Source of the DNA: Adineta vaga
Lineage: Eukaryota > Animalia > Rotifera
Reading direction: 5' to 3'
Length of the DNA: 64,000 bases
Assembly (NCBI GenBank): GCA_021613535.1
Contig: CP075497.1
Span: 4,774,001 to 4,838,000 of the forward strand
Below, one piece after another: positions 25,363 through 40,933 of this stretch; positions within the stretch are counted from its first letter, which is position 1, and the number at the start of each line of letters is the position of its first letter. The notes below the pieces were generated by a model that did not search any database, was not told the origin of the DNA, and saw only the letters and a program-made list of their open reading frames with translations. The translations under genes and the position numbers were made by a program.

Positions 25363-26130
25363 ATGTCTATAAAACATTCCGAATTACTTCAGTCACATGT
25401 AAGATTATTATTGATTTGCTATCAAATCTTTCTTTCTATAATGAATTTCGAAAAATGACTTTCTTTGAACTAATAGACTCCTCTCAACAATTCATATCAC
25501 ATTATTTCTGTTCCACTACCGAATGTTCCACTAATTGATTTACCTTACTTTTATGCATCAAATCCATGGTCATTGAACAGAGATTATAAACTATCGAAAT
25601 ACTTCGCTTCAAAATCTTATTTAATCGATGCACTGAACGTATCATTACAAAATCCAAGAACAGCAATAACTTACCGTCATGTTCCATGTACACTTGATCG
25701 CAACTCATACGATCAACAAATCAATTTCAAACGTATGAATCAACTCATTTTTAATGCTCATTTCAAACTCTCTCAAAATAATCAAGACTGTACAAAACAG
25801 AATATTCATTCATATCATCAATCAAAGAAACCAAAATTAATACCAATTAAAAAACATTCTAATATGTCTCCTAAACGTTCTCTTTCAAAAAAACATCCGT
25901 CTACAGTCATTTATTCTTCACTGTCATCACCATCTGTCCCTGAAGCAGTGACTTCTGTGAAAAGTCAGATACATTCATCTTTAAACATTACAAGTCATAC
26001 TCGTTTTGGTAAAAGTATGTTAGTATTATATTTTCAAAAGCATCGTTTTATCTCTCCAATTCAAAATAATAAACAAGATCAATTTCTTCGTTTACTCACA
26101 ACATCAATTATTCGTCGAATAAATCCATAA
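25363..26130 (+). CDS. Hypothetical basic protein (229 aa), no recognised domain
   Basis: Exon 25363-25398 (MSIKHSELLQSH|gtaag) splices in phase 0 to 25477-26130, in frame with the 185-aa ORF of the track. Confidence 0.6.
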
Positions 26131-26341
26131 ATTGAAACAGAAAATGTCTGTAGGAATTGAATAATTCATTATTCATATAATTTCTATCGAAAGACAATTC
26201 ACCGTATACAGAGAAAAAAACAGACTACTAGTACTAATAATAATAATAATAACATTATATCTGATTTCCAATGTCTTATATACATCGAATGATTTCATAA
26301 TAGCTTATCACAAACTATCGATGGAATGTTTATTTGTTGTC

Positions 26342-29300
26342 CTATTTGTTACTTGTTAGTTGACGTTTATTCTTCTTCGGTGTTGGAGTCCGAGAAAGAA
26401 GTTTTAATTCTCGATATTGTAACTGAAAAACAAAGTAAAACACCCTCAATTCTTCACCGAAAGAAAGCTTTGCAAATACGAACTAGTTCAGGATCGGATG
26501 GTAATCGTGAAAGAAAATCCACTAATTCATTATTATCAATATAACCTTTGGGTTTACGAAATCGTTTAGTAAATTTGTTTGTAATAAATCCAAGAGCTAA
26601 ATAACGAAATGGGATATAATAGAGTATAATGGAAACAAGAGTAAGAATAATAAAAGCCAGAATAGATAACCATGGAACTGTAAAATTAAAAACACTGAAA
26701 AACAAAACAAAATTTGTTTCATTGGAGATCAAATGAAAATTTCAATCTTACTTTTTAATACGTTCTAATGTTGAAGCAACTTCATCAATATAACCTTGAA
26801 TTTCTAAAACAGTATCTTGAATACCATGAATGACACCTAGTAACGATTTCTTTTGTTCCTAATCGAATGAGAAAAGAATTTTAATGAGATATCCAACAGG
26901 AAAATCCATTCATCTTCTTACTTTGGTATTCATGTCAGTATCAAGTGCATCATCATCCATAGCAATTGGTTGTATTACTGATGATACTGTCTATAGAACA
27001 AACAATCGATACATTGATTTCTAATGAAAATAACATACTTCATCTCTCAATGTCGAAAAAGGTTTTCCTAACGTTCCTTGTCGATATTCTACTATTGCAT
27101 TCCATGCAAATATCAATAACAATACACAAGGTAACATATACAATTCAAAATTCCAAACAATCACTAATGATATCTAAATGAATATAGTTTCTTGCATTTT
27201 CTTCATGTTTCTTATTCGAAGAAGTCTACTTACAATAAAAGTACAGAAACTTAATACTGGACTTTCCCATTGGAAACAATAATTAATAAATTTCGCTGCA
27301 TTAACAACAGTTTTTAATAAATTTCTTACACGATTAATATGTTGTTTAAAAACCTGCAAGTATTTTCTTTCAATTACATACAAAGAAGTAGAAGATCTTA
27401 CAGCAACACGAAATTTTCCATCTTGTTGATAATATCGAACTTGTCTTGGATTGAATGTTCGAATAACTGCTCGTAACTAAAATATTCATATATAAAAGAA
27501 AAACAATCGAATATCAATAATTCAAATATACTTTACATTGGAATAGATTAATGTCGCTTCAATTTCTATAATACCCTTTACAGGTAAAATACATTTTCGA
27601 TCTTTCAATGTCATCCATTTCTTTTCTCCATTTTGAATCTAAAAACTTATAGATTAACATAAAATAACGATACATTATTCATATCTATCCTACCGCTAAT
27701 AATGGAATAGCTACTTTACCAATAAATTCCGTACTCTTATTCATATCTTCATCATAAATAGTTAATTCAAGTATTGAATGAATATCTTGTACAGGAATGA
27801 TAAAAGATTTATTCCAAACAGGATCAAGTGTTTTATATATTGTATGTGTACGTAAACGAGTGGAATCGAGTTCAATTACACAGAATGGATCTGATTTACC
27901 ATTGATATCTTTCGCACTTAAATCTCGTGCTTGATAAACTAAACAAATTCAAAAATAAGATCTTGATTTTCTCTAAAAACGAACATTTGTTGAATTTACT
28001 TTTTATTTCTACCATTCCAACATCAATTAATGGCTTTATTGATCGTAATATTGAGAAAAAATTCTATTCGAATTAAGAACAACTTATTCAATTAACTCTT
28101 TGTTTTTGTTTGTTAATACTTACATAATATTGTATATCATCATCTGTCATTTTTGATGGTATAATATCCATCGAAGTATTAGATAATGTTTCACTATCAT
28201 TAGTTAATTCTTGTGCTGGTGTTATACCAGTAATTGTTACAAATAAATCGATTACACCAGCATTATCATCAAGATCAACTGATACGCGATGCGTTCGTTC
28301 TTCATCCAAAGATGTTAAATTACAAATTCCTCTAAAACAGATTCCTTTCTAAATATATATTTATTTACAATTGATCTGTATTTTTACCTTCCAATGAAAT
28401 CTCCTGAGCCACTTGTATCATCGATGACAGTTAATTCTAATGGTGGAAGTTCATTAATAACAATTTCATAAATAAATGATTGATGCCATTTTGGATTGAC
28501 AGTTGATTTGATTGTCTAAAGATAAATCTGTTCGAGAAAAACAACAAAAAGGATTTATTTTACTTGAGTTCGATATTTTTTATTGGCACCAAATTTTAAT
28601 CGAACATATGGATTTAAAACTTTAGTTGTACTACCATTCATCGTTAAATTTCTTCCTTCAATAATAAATACATCAATTGTACGTCGAGTTAAAATCAGAG
28701 AATTCATTCCTCCTGTACGACTACTTAAAGATCCTTTTCGATTGGATTGTTTTGATAATGTCCGCAATACCTAAATGAATATTTGTATATCAAATTGAAA
28801 ACACAATCTATTTAAATTTTACTTCTTCACGAAATTCAGATGTTCTTGCTGTAAGTGTGATATTGATGATTAAAAATCCTGTTTTTCCATCCGCTCTCTT
28901 TTCATTCTTTAACTCTAACATAACACTCGATTTTTCTCCAATTGTAAATTTATTTAAATCAATTTTTGTTGTTCCCATAGATTCATCTCGTCCAATTCGA
29001 TCATAATCAAATAAATAAAAATAGATTGGAATACTTAAATCATGTACAAAGAATGATAATTTTTCATTCCATATTGGATTTAAATTTTTATATACAGTAT
29101 TAGTAACATATTTTTCTTCTGATCCATAGAAAACTTTCACATATGGATCACTTGTTCCATTCAAATCTTTAATCGACAAATCTTTTCCACGATCGATATA
29201 TAATTCAACAAAATAAATTGATTCAGATTGAATATTTGGTAACGAAATATTCGTTGCAATGGATGTTAATGAAGGAGATTTTGTTAGCGTTGATCGTGTT

Positions 29301-31814
29301 TGTTGAATTTTTATTTTATTATTATTTAGTCGATTGAAATTTAACGATCGAAATCCTTCATTAGTTGATTGAAATAAATCTCGTACAACATCATCATCGT
29401 CCGAGGTTATCATATCAACAGAATTCTGTCGAATATTTACTTGTTGATCACGGTTTTGTAACATTGTGTTAATCAAAGGTTCAGATGGTTGTAAATTATT
29501 ATCATTCAAATTTTGATTTCCAACGAACGTATTTGTTGATTTTGATTCCTTAATAAATAGTAGAACATTTTAATTTATATTTAAACAGCTGAAAGATCAC
29601 CTTAATGCAAGTACAAATATACTTCATAATCGTATTTCTATTGTGTCTATTAGAGAGACTCATTTGAAAAGGAAATTAGTTCTTTCTTTTTTTTAAGAGC
29701 CAATGTCATCATTTGATTAAATACTTACAGTGTTTCTTGTCTTTCTTTAATTTTTTTTTATGTTATTTTCTTTTTCCCAACTGACAGACGATTACATGGA
29801 AGACTAGGCGGATGTCGAAAATGCAACAGATGATCAACGACAACAAAAAAAAACTTATCTTGATCGAGTGTCTAAGGCAACAGCGAGTCAAGAGGAAAAA
29901 AACCAAGCGCTTCTAAGATAGACGAGAGAATATATGCTTGTCGTTTTTTTTCCTTGTTGTCTCACAGATTCTTTTCTATTCAACTATTTTGTTCTCTTTA
30001 TACATTTCTGTCACTTTCGCTTCCGAATAAATAAAGATATGTGTTTGCTGAAGAAGGGCACAATCTATTTTATTGCATCTCATTAACCTTATAGTTTAAC
30101 GATTAATATACGAATAATCGTTTAAAGCAAACGAAGAGTTATTCTATAGATTTCTAATTAAACTGATGATGGAGAAAATTCTTTTTTTTAGATAACAAAC
30201 GAAATTTATCTCGGAAATGATATTTAATTATTGACAAAAGAACATGTATCAAAAATAGCTAGAGTGAAATGATGATATGACTTAACACGTTCTTCTTTTA
30301 CTAACTAATTGAATAGGATAAATTCAAATATTTCTATTCCCTTACAAAAAGGTCATATCTCGCATTAAATTATCTATATTTTTGTTCAACTATAACAAGA
30401 ACGATCACAATAAGACTTAACATTTCCGTCCATCACAAAAAAAAGAAATTTCCTAACTTCAAGTACGTCTTCACACAAAAACATCAATTCATCAAAAGAA
30501 AACATATCTGATTGCTTCAATGTTGGTTTTGTGTTAATCATCTCGCACATGTTGGTATCACTGACTTATGATACGCGTTTTTAATTATTTTCTCACCAAA
30601 GGCATTCATTTCGCATTTAGCGCATCATTTAAAATGACATTTAAACTGTTCTTTGTTTCTTTCTCTAAAGAATCCTAATAGATAAAACTGGTGTTATGTT
30701 AAAATTAATCATATAGAATCGACCAAGTACGAAAAAAAAGGAATCGATGTATAACATATGTATAAAAACAATATTCCGATCGACTAACAATATGAGTAGG
30801 ACGATAAACAACACGTCTTACCAACGTGACACAATTATCTATACATATATAATTTACATATTTGTCATAGAAACCTTTGAAAGGACAATTTAGCTTATAT
30901 TTTGATGATATGTCATTCATTCTTCTGTCCAAAAAAACAATATATGTATATACATATATGTTGATGTTCGAAATTTAGAATTGAATGATACGTATCGACA
31001 TCGAACTGTGATGTTCTACAATTTGTTTTATTCTTGACAATGTAAAAAAAGAACATTCTATTGTAATTGTCATTGGAATGATGTTAACTCATTTAGAAAG
31101 AAATATTGAAATTTTTTTTTCTTTCCATATGGTTACCTCGGATACACTATTCTAGAATATAATGTATGCTTTGTTTATCATCAATAAATAGACGAGAAGG
31201 ATAATTAGTTGTGTAAGTTTACAATTCTATTTTAAACGAAGAAAATGTGTTTATTTTCATCTTATTGACTATGATTAGGGACAAAGCCATAAATCCTACG
31301 AGAAAATGTCATTCGATGAAGCGAGATTGGTTAAAAAATAAAACGCTTTTCGTTTAAATAATATTATTCTTTCTATTAAAACATAAAAAAACTCACTCCC
31401 ACATGTGTACTTATTCAAGTATAACAGTTTTCTCCGTTGAAGAAAACAACAACAACAACTTACTGAAGATGAAATGACAGATGGTAACGATAAATGTGTA
31501 CAATCTTCATTATCTGATGAGATTTGTGATTTTCGATTTTTGTTAAAACGTGATTTAACTTGATTTAATAGAGATAAATGATGTGTAAATGAGTTTGGCG
31601 TAGATTTTTTTGAATGAGATTTAGTTGAAGAATTGACGACATCAATATCATCAACAGATGTATGTTTATCATTTACTAGTGCTAATACAGGTGATTCAGT
31701 TCGTGCTTTAATATGTTGACGTTGTCGATTTATTCCAGTAAATGTTTCACGTACCTGACGAAATAGTGAACGAGATCGTTGATGATTATCTGAATAAATA
31801 TCGTCATCAGACAT
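26342..31814 (-). CDS. MCTP: Multiple C2 and transmembrane domain-containing protein
   Basis: Three C2 domains ([11 protein letters not shown]...NLNPIWNE; [10 protein letters not shown]; [14 protein letters not shown]...TLDPVW). C-terminal [18 protein letters not shown]...[23 protein letters not shown]. About 15 exons; first exon 31464-31814; stop 26342-26344. Confidence 0.92.
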
Positions 31815-33439
31815 GATATTTCTACTAAAATAAAAATTGAATTCAATAAATTTTTAATGAATATAGTCTTCTATGCGAATAGAAATATCTGTCAAGAATT
31901 GCGATTGCTACTGTAAATAAATATTAATAACGAAATTCAAAGCTATCGGCTATTTTTTCCATTCGTTAATAGTTTATAAACATCCTTCACAATTTTGCAA
32001 TGTTGATTTAAAAAAAAAAGAAGGGAGGACAAAGCGGTATACTCGTGCACATATGGCATCGTGTAGAAAAAAGTAAAGGAAAAAAGAACGTATCGTCGAG
32101 AAATATTTACTAGTTGATGACTTTAAAATGTACTAAATATTAAAAGAGTTCATTTGACGGATGTTCCGTTTAATTTTCATATTACACAATGTCTACTATA
32201 GACATTCAAAAAATCTTCTAACTATGACAAAAATCTTTACGTAAACTTGAAGTCATCGGGTAGAATTCGACATAATGATACAATGAAATTTAGGAAGCTT
32301 GAACTATTGATTTTTATCGGTTCTATCAATAATAGATATGAAGTATCGTTGATATAAGTCAATATTGACATGTCAAAAGGAAAAACGAAATATCAATGTC
32401 GAGTATTTTTTTTTTCATATTGAAATACTAGTTTGAGACAATGTTTGGCTATTGAAGAAAGAAAAAGAGAGAAAAAAAAGCAAAATAATTGCAAAGATCA
32501 ACTCGATTAATAACGATTGTGCCTAGAGGGAATGTTCGATTTTTTTCTGAATCTCTATGCAATGAAGAAAAATTAGGTTATCTATTTCTCATAATCATGT
32601 TTTTCTTTCTTGATTTTTTCATTGATGACTAAATGTCATATACTCACATCTATACGAATCATCATTAATCAGATTTTGTTTTCTAAACCATCAAAAGAAG
32701 AAGAAAAATAAAACAAATGAATAAAATCCAGTCATTGAGAAGAACATGCAAATCAACTGTTTGCATCAGAATAAAGCACAGCTGAAGCAACTGTCATGAA
32801 AGAAATGTATATAAATAAGTATGTGTCACAAAACATTGAAATATCCTATCAATCATTCGATTAAAACTGGTTCTTTCTTTTTTTTTTGAATAATTGATGA
32901 TGACGACAAAATCGAGTTGGATCGTTGCAAATTTCCTTCTTTTATTTTCTCGAATTGAGTATGCAATATAAAACGAATATATAACAAGTAGTAACTATCT
33001 GGTGACATGTAAAGAATCGACGAGAGAATTGCTTTTAAGAAAATTGTAGAGATAATTCACTTTTCTTTCTAGAATCTATATGGGATTTCATGCCGAATAA
33101 ACTTATCGACGAACGAAAAAAAAGAATAAAAGAAAAAAATCATCGACCGACATTATTCCAAAACAAAATCAAGTTTGCAATATATTAACATCGGCTAGCG
33201 ATTCGTTCATAGTTAGATAAACAAACAGTGTTATTAGAAAAGAAGGGGAATACACAAAATCATAATGAATTGAAAAAAAAATTTGTTTTATTTCTTTTTG
33301 ATCTAGTTATTTGAGTGCTGTATTTCACACACTTATTCTTATCATGATCGTGCTCTATGTGACAAATAACAACAAGTATAATAGTAATAATAACAAGAAC
33401 AAATAGGAAGACACAGTGAACATATATATGATTATAGAA

Positions 33440-35468
<2,029 letters not shown>

Positions 35469-36240
35469 TGTAGTTGAGTTCAAAAGAATGTTATTACTAT
35501 AATGAATCGACTGAAAAAGAGAAGAAAAAGAGTAACGTTGCCTAGGACGGACCCTTTCTTTGTTTCAAAGTGAAGCTTACCTGATAGGTTGTTAATACAG
35601 CAATCACTATAGTATGTGCGTGAAGGAATGAACAAATCACAAGAGAAGAAAAGAGGTCACTGGTCGTGTTCTCTGCTACGTGGGTGATTCTTGACTTCTT
35701 ATCAGTTGTTCTAAAGTTTAAATGAGTAATATAGTTTTCGTATCAAAATACTATCTCAGTCAGAGACAAACATCAATGTATTAATAGGATTTCTTGCAAT
35801 GAATCTTATTTGTTTAGAATATAGTTTGAAAATCAAGAGACATTTTAGAATAATAATTGTATCGGATAATCTTGATCCATCCCATAATTATGAATTTTAT
35901 GATCGTCATCGACTTTTCTCATTTAGAATATTGAAATTTCATTTGATTCTCTGATCGATCTATGCGATCTAGTCTAGTTTAATATATTCAAACAAGATTT
36001 TATGGCTATTCTTATCTAAATGTTCCGACTTTGTTAGAATGAAATGGTTTGAAGATGAAAATATAGTTCATTCATCGAATGTGTCATATTCACTAGAGTT
36101 TTGTATCAAATCAATGTCAATAGTACACGTAGCAACACATACACTAATTGATGAATGTCACAAGACAGAAAGATTAGAAAAATAGTTACATCATTTTCTT
36201 AATTCTACCATTTGTTTTCACAATTTATTCTCGAACAAGC

Positions 36241-36703
36241 TAGAATGTTCGACTTGCACAATCAAAATGAAATTATTTCTATTTGATTGTGCAATACAAT
36301 GCACAGGGATGGAGGGTATAAAAGCTCGTGTAAAACAACACATCGTTATGTATTCTAAAGACAGTACGGTCGAGTGTCAATACTTGTTCGTCTTGGAACT
36401 TTCGTTTATTATCAATAATCCTTCGTAGTCTGGAGGCTTTTCTAAGTCTCCTGATACACTTTCCGGTCTTCGGGTGGTACGTTCCAACACGTGTTAAAAT
36501 GTGGGGAAGCCCGGCTGTCTTCTATCGCAAGATGAAGCTAACGGGCCCTACGAGTCATATCACTGGAGGCCCTTTCTTCAAGTAATTACATCAATTATCA
36601 CGATTATTAAAAATGTGTATGATTGATGTATTACTTTGTAGCTAGGGCACTAGTATCATCGTCGAATGTTTACAAGACACGATTTAAAATTCATTTCTAT
36701 TTT
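36241..36703 (+). ncRNA. Candidate structured non-coding RNA of unassigned class (partial RNase P/MRP-like motifs)
   Basis: GC-enriched ORF-less island with nested helices, cUUCGg (36468-73) and GCAA (36527-30) tetraloops, TATAAAA at 36317-23 and T4 at 36700-03. Details in findings. Confidence 0.5.
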
Positions 36704-37838
36704 AGCCTACTATCAATTAGAAAGATGTTACTAATATGTGTATAATATTTTTTTAAAAACCAACAAATTTATTTTTTTTCAGCAACTATATATCACATGA
36801 TATTTACTTTCTTTTCTTCTTCCTCGCAATACGATAACCAACAAAAATTGTAATTTCATCATAACTTTGTATTTCTACGAAAGTTAAAGAATTGATTAAG
36901 TTTTTATTAACAGCTGCAAAGAATGTCAAATAATTATAAGACTGTATCTCAAAACATTCAGTAACATACGACCAACATTTCCTCTCTATATACACTATAC
37001 ATCTGACATAGCATTTTGTTCGAATGTAATGAAGTTATAATTGAATTTGAATTTTTACTTCAAGATAATTGTATCCAATGACATGCTTTTCTTTCGATTT
37101 GTATTCAAAATTTAATCTTTTAATTTCTATCATCCAGTTTCGTTCGATCTCATAGTCGATTGTTTTTATAAATTATTAATCATTTTGAAATAAAGAAAGA
37201 TTCTTATATCTCGTGATAAATCATTTCAGAGATCGATATCATTTTATTTCCTCGTAGAAATTAAGTCAATTGTTCCTAATCATATTTGTCTATCTCTTTG
37301 GTTGAACTAAATTGATTGCGAGATAAAAATCTCAGAGCAAAAGGAATCAATCAATAGTAAAGCACTTTTTTCTCTCTATTCATACACATTTTCCAACAAA
37401 TTCACACATATGGCACTACTACAAATGGGCAAATTCGATTGCTTGCGGCATTAACTGACACATAGACATAGCGAACAGTTTTCTTTCTTTTTTTATGCAT
37501 GTACGCTACTTGATCCACTCGTTGAAGAGCAGAGATATATAGATTGTTTTTCTGGTCGTGTGCGTAAGTACGTTCACTCGTTCTTGTTGCCGCAAAGAAA
37601 AAGTTTGATTAGCTCGCTTGGTTGCACACATTTCTGATAGGAGAAAATTAAGATTACAAGACGAACAAGAATAAGACAAAAAGAAAAGTGGCACCTGGCA
37701 CGTTCATTCAATCGAATATGTTTATATCTTATATGTATGTATGTATGTATGTATTTGTCAAAAGAGCAGAAGAAAAAAAAATACAATAGGCGAAAAAAGA
37801 AAAGAAGAAAACGGCAAACTTATAATAACAAAATGGAG

Positions 37839-40800
37839 TTAATCAATGCCACCATTTCCATTCTTCATCGATGATGAATTAGATGTTGTTGCAATGAACA
37901 TTGGATAGTTTTTTTCGTAATATTTTAGCATTTCAGTTAAATATTGATGAAAGACATCGACAGCAGCAGACAAAGCCGGTGAACCGAATCCATGTGTAAT
38001 AAGAGAGAAATTGGTTAATGCATCTTGAACATGAGTATCAAGCGCTGTAGGAATAGTGAGTAGATGTCGATGTGCAATTAATGATGAAGATGTTGATGAT
38101 GAACCAGGACCATGTCGAGAATTAGAGATACCATTGGATACATTCCCTGGTGATGCGACATTTACAGGTGAACGATCTTGTTTAAGTAAATCACTGAATT
38201 CTTTCGTCAATTGTCTAAATAATAGAAACAATAAAAGTTCCATGATCTGTAATTATTTTTCTCTATTTAAAAAATATATTTGCGTGACGTTTATTGGATC
38301 TCGTATATCTTATTATTTTTCTCTTTTATTCTTTCTTTTCCCGAAATAAACAGATGAATAATATAAAAAAACTCTTTTCTAACAGAGTTCATAGAAGTTC
38401 TATACAATCTACACTTATTCCAGGAAGTTCCGCAATCCATTGAGGAAGTTCAAACGGAACCGGAACATTTTCGAAAAAATGATAGATTACCAAAAAAAAT
38501 AATACTAATCTTCTGTATTTTCTCGATTATTCCTAATTGTTTCATTAAATAGATCGATCATTGTCAAGGATAACTTACTTAGCAGCTAAAACCATATTTC
38601 TTCGTGTACTAATTTCATTTGGATCTGAATGATGTCTTGCTACATAATCTGCTGTTACTTTGCTTGGAAAATCATTTTCACAAACAGTACGAAAATCGAT
38701 TGCCAATTGATTTGCTTCGCCTAGAAGAATTAAACAACAAAAGGAAATTTTTGCTTGAAATCATTGAAGATGATCATCGCCTCAAGGATTTTCTCTATTT
38801 GACCACTATAAATATACACATCTATGTATATTTGTATGTTGTGGACAGCTGATGCGTGCAACACGCATCTAGAGAGGTCAAATGATAATGAAATTTGTCT
38901 CACATTACCATTTGAAGAAAGAGAAAGATCATGATCATGATCATATTTGTCATCGTGAATTTTGATTGCTTACCTTCAACAAGAGATGTGAGTAATGTCG
39001 TTGTAGCTGCTTTACGACGACCAGCTGGTAGATTGACACCGATTTTTTCGAGTTTATTACGAAGATCTCGGCCACCATTTTTCGATTTAGCTCTAATAGA
39101 TGCGAACAAAAAAAAGAAAACAAAATTAACCCATAAGTCTTATAATTCAATCAACACCATCAAGAATGAAGAAAAGAAAAAATGCCTTAGGCTTTTTCTT
39201 TGTCGAAATAAACTACAGTGAGAGTGCCTCGTACTAATTGAGTTGACATCTCGACAGCCTGCCAAACCCATCATTTTGCTACTGCTACTACTGCTGTCGA
39301 TGTCTATTGAGGATTAGATTCTCAATAGATTTAATTTAGACAGTGTTTCTCTTCGTCTCTTACCGTCTTAAAACACCACCAAGTAAGGATGCATTGAGAC
39401 ATTCTGGTGTAGAAAGTCGTCGTTGAACTTCACTGATCGTTACTTTATATTTTGATGTTGAACTTAGAAGTGCTAGTCGGCCAGGTACTGAAAAAAAACG
39501 AAGAATAATATTTTGATGAAAGAAATAAGAGAAAAAATATTCATACCTGAACAGAAATAATCTGTGGGAGACGTTGAACCACCGCTGCCAATACCACTTC
39601 CAGAGCACATTGATGAAAAGGAACTAGAGTCTCTTGGTGGATCAGAACGGCGACCGTCTGGTAAACGAATAAATAAATAAACAAATATTAGATTAGAAAA
39701 AAAAAGTAAAATATGATTATGTCAACTTTACCTCTACTCGCCGATGATCTGTGATAAGTTGAATCACCCATTTGTAAATCATCTCCGCCGGCATTACCAT
39801 TTGAAACCGCTCCATTGAGAATCTATAGAAAGATTTTTCCATGTCAATGAACACATACATACTCAAAGTCAATCACAATATTCGTCACTCATTCTTTCTT
39901 TCTCTCTCTCTCACTCTCCTCTCTATTTCTGCTAGTATCAAGTGTTTAATGTACATGATGAAGCTGCCTGCCCACTATTGTATTTGGTTGAATGCACGAC
40001 ATCAAGGCTCTTATCAGATAGAGTGGAACAAAACTTTCTAACTTACACGAGCTGTATGATCGACAAGCGAAGTGGCCGATGTCTGATGATGTTGTGAATG
40101 ACGAGAATAAAGTTCGACCGCATGATGATGATGATGATGATGTGCATCAAGAATTGAATGATGATGACGTGCTGCAGCAGCGGTTGCTGCATAAGCTGAT
40201 GCATATGGATCGTACGATGATGTATTAAATGTATTACTACTTGGACTTGCATGTTGATGATGCATTGCTGTCGTAGTTCCGTAAGGCGATGATGATGCTG
40301 ATGAACCATTCGGTGTAGCATAGTTAAATGTTGGATAATGTTCAATAGCACTTGCTGCTGCTGCGGCATGTACATCGAATTGAGCAGCAAAAGCTGGATT
40401 AAATGGAGGTGGAAAATACGGAAATGATGGATCAGTTATGGCACCACCACGAGAACTAAGTGATGTATTGAATGGACCACCGCCAACAGATGATGACGAT
40501 GATGATGTTGGTGACGAACCATATTTGGTATCCTGTAAGGAATGAGACAAATCCATTGATATAGAAAAAATGTTGAATGAAACAAGGAAAAAAAGTAATA
40601 AGACATTGAGATAAAAAAGGACAGAAGAAAAAAGAACGAGCTAGTTAACTTAATGAATTGTTTTCTTTACTTACCAATGAAAATAATTGACATGGTCTTA
40701 TGCTATTCTATGTGTAGGTATATACATATATGTATATTTTTCTACTATGGTAGTCGACAAAAAAAAAGTTTATTCTCTTTTTAATCTTATTCTTCCTTAT

Positions 40801-40933
40801 TTTTATACTACTTTCTTTAGCTTACTCTGCCTAAGGGCCATCCGGTGCAAGAAAATAGCAGAAAACTTACGTCAGTCTGTGCACCACTACCGTTCCCACC
40901 GCCTGAATCAATTAGATCAAATGCGGATGGCAT
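37839..40933 (-). CDS. TFAP2: Transcription factor AP-2
   Basis: [53 protein letters not shown]...[22 protein letters not shown] motif PYFPPPF and [15 protein letters not shown]. Probable first exon 40871-40933 ([21 protein letters not shown]|gtaagt) joins in phase 0 to 40532. Confidence 0.95.

Noticed and set aside
35576-35710. CTTACCTG resembling the U1 snRNA 5' end
   Set aside because: No U1-70K loop, U1A loop or Sm site follows. It is simply a minus-strand splice-donor consensus (CAGGTAAG).
36452-36514. Twister- or hammerhead-like words (CCGGTC...AAGCCCGG; CTGATA) and a telomerase-template idea (TGTGGG at ~36500)
   Set aside because: The twister loop would be interrupted by ~35 nt, there is no CUGANGA/GAAA core, and only a single telomere-like hexamer is present, with no 1.5-repeat template.
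39360-39608. ORF beginning 'MLWK', like the vertebrate TFAP2A N-terminus
   Set aside because: It starts at GTG in the wrong frame of an internal exon (true frame ...[21 protein letters not shown]) and reads through an intron; coincidence.
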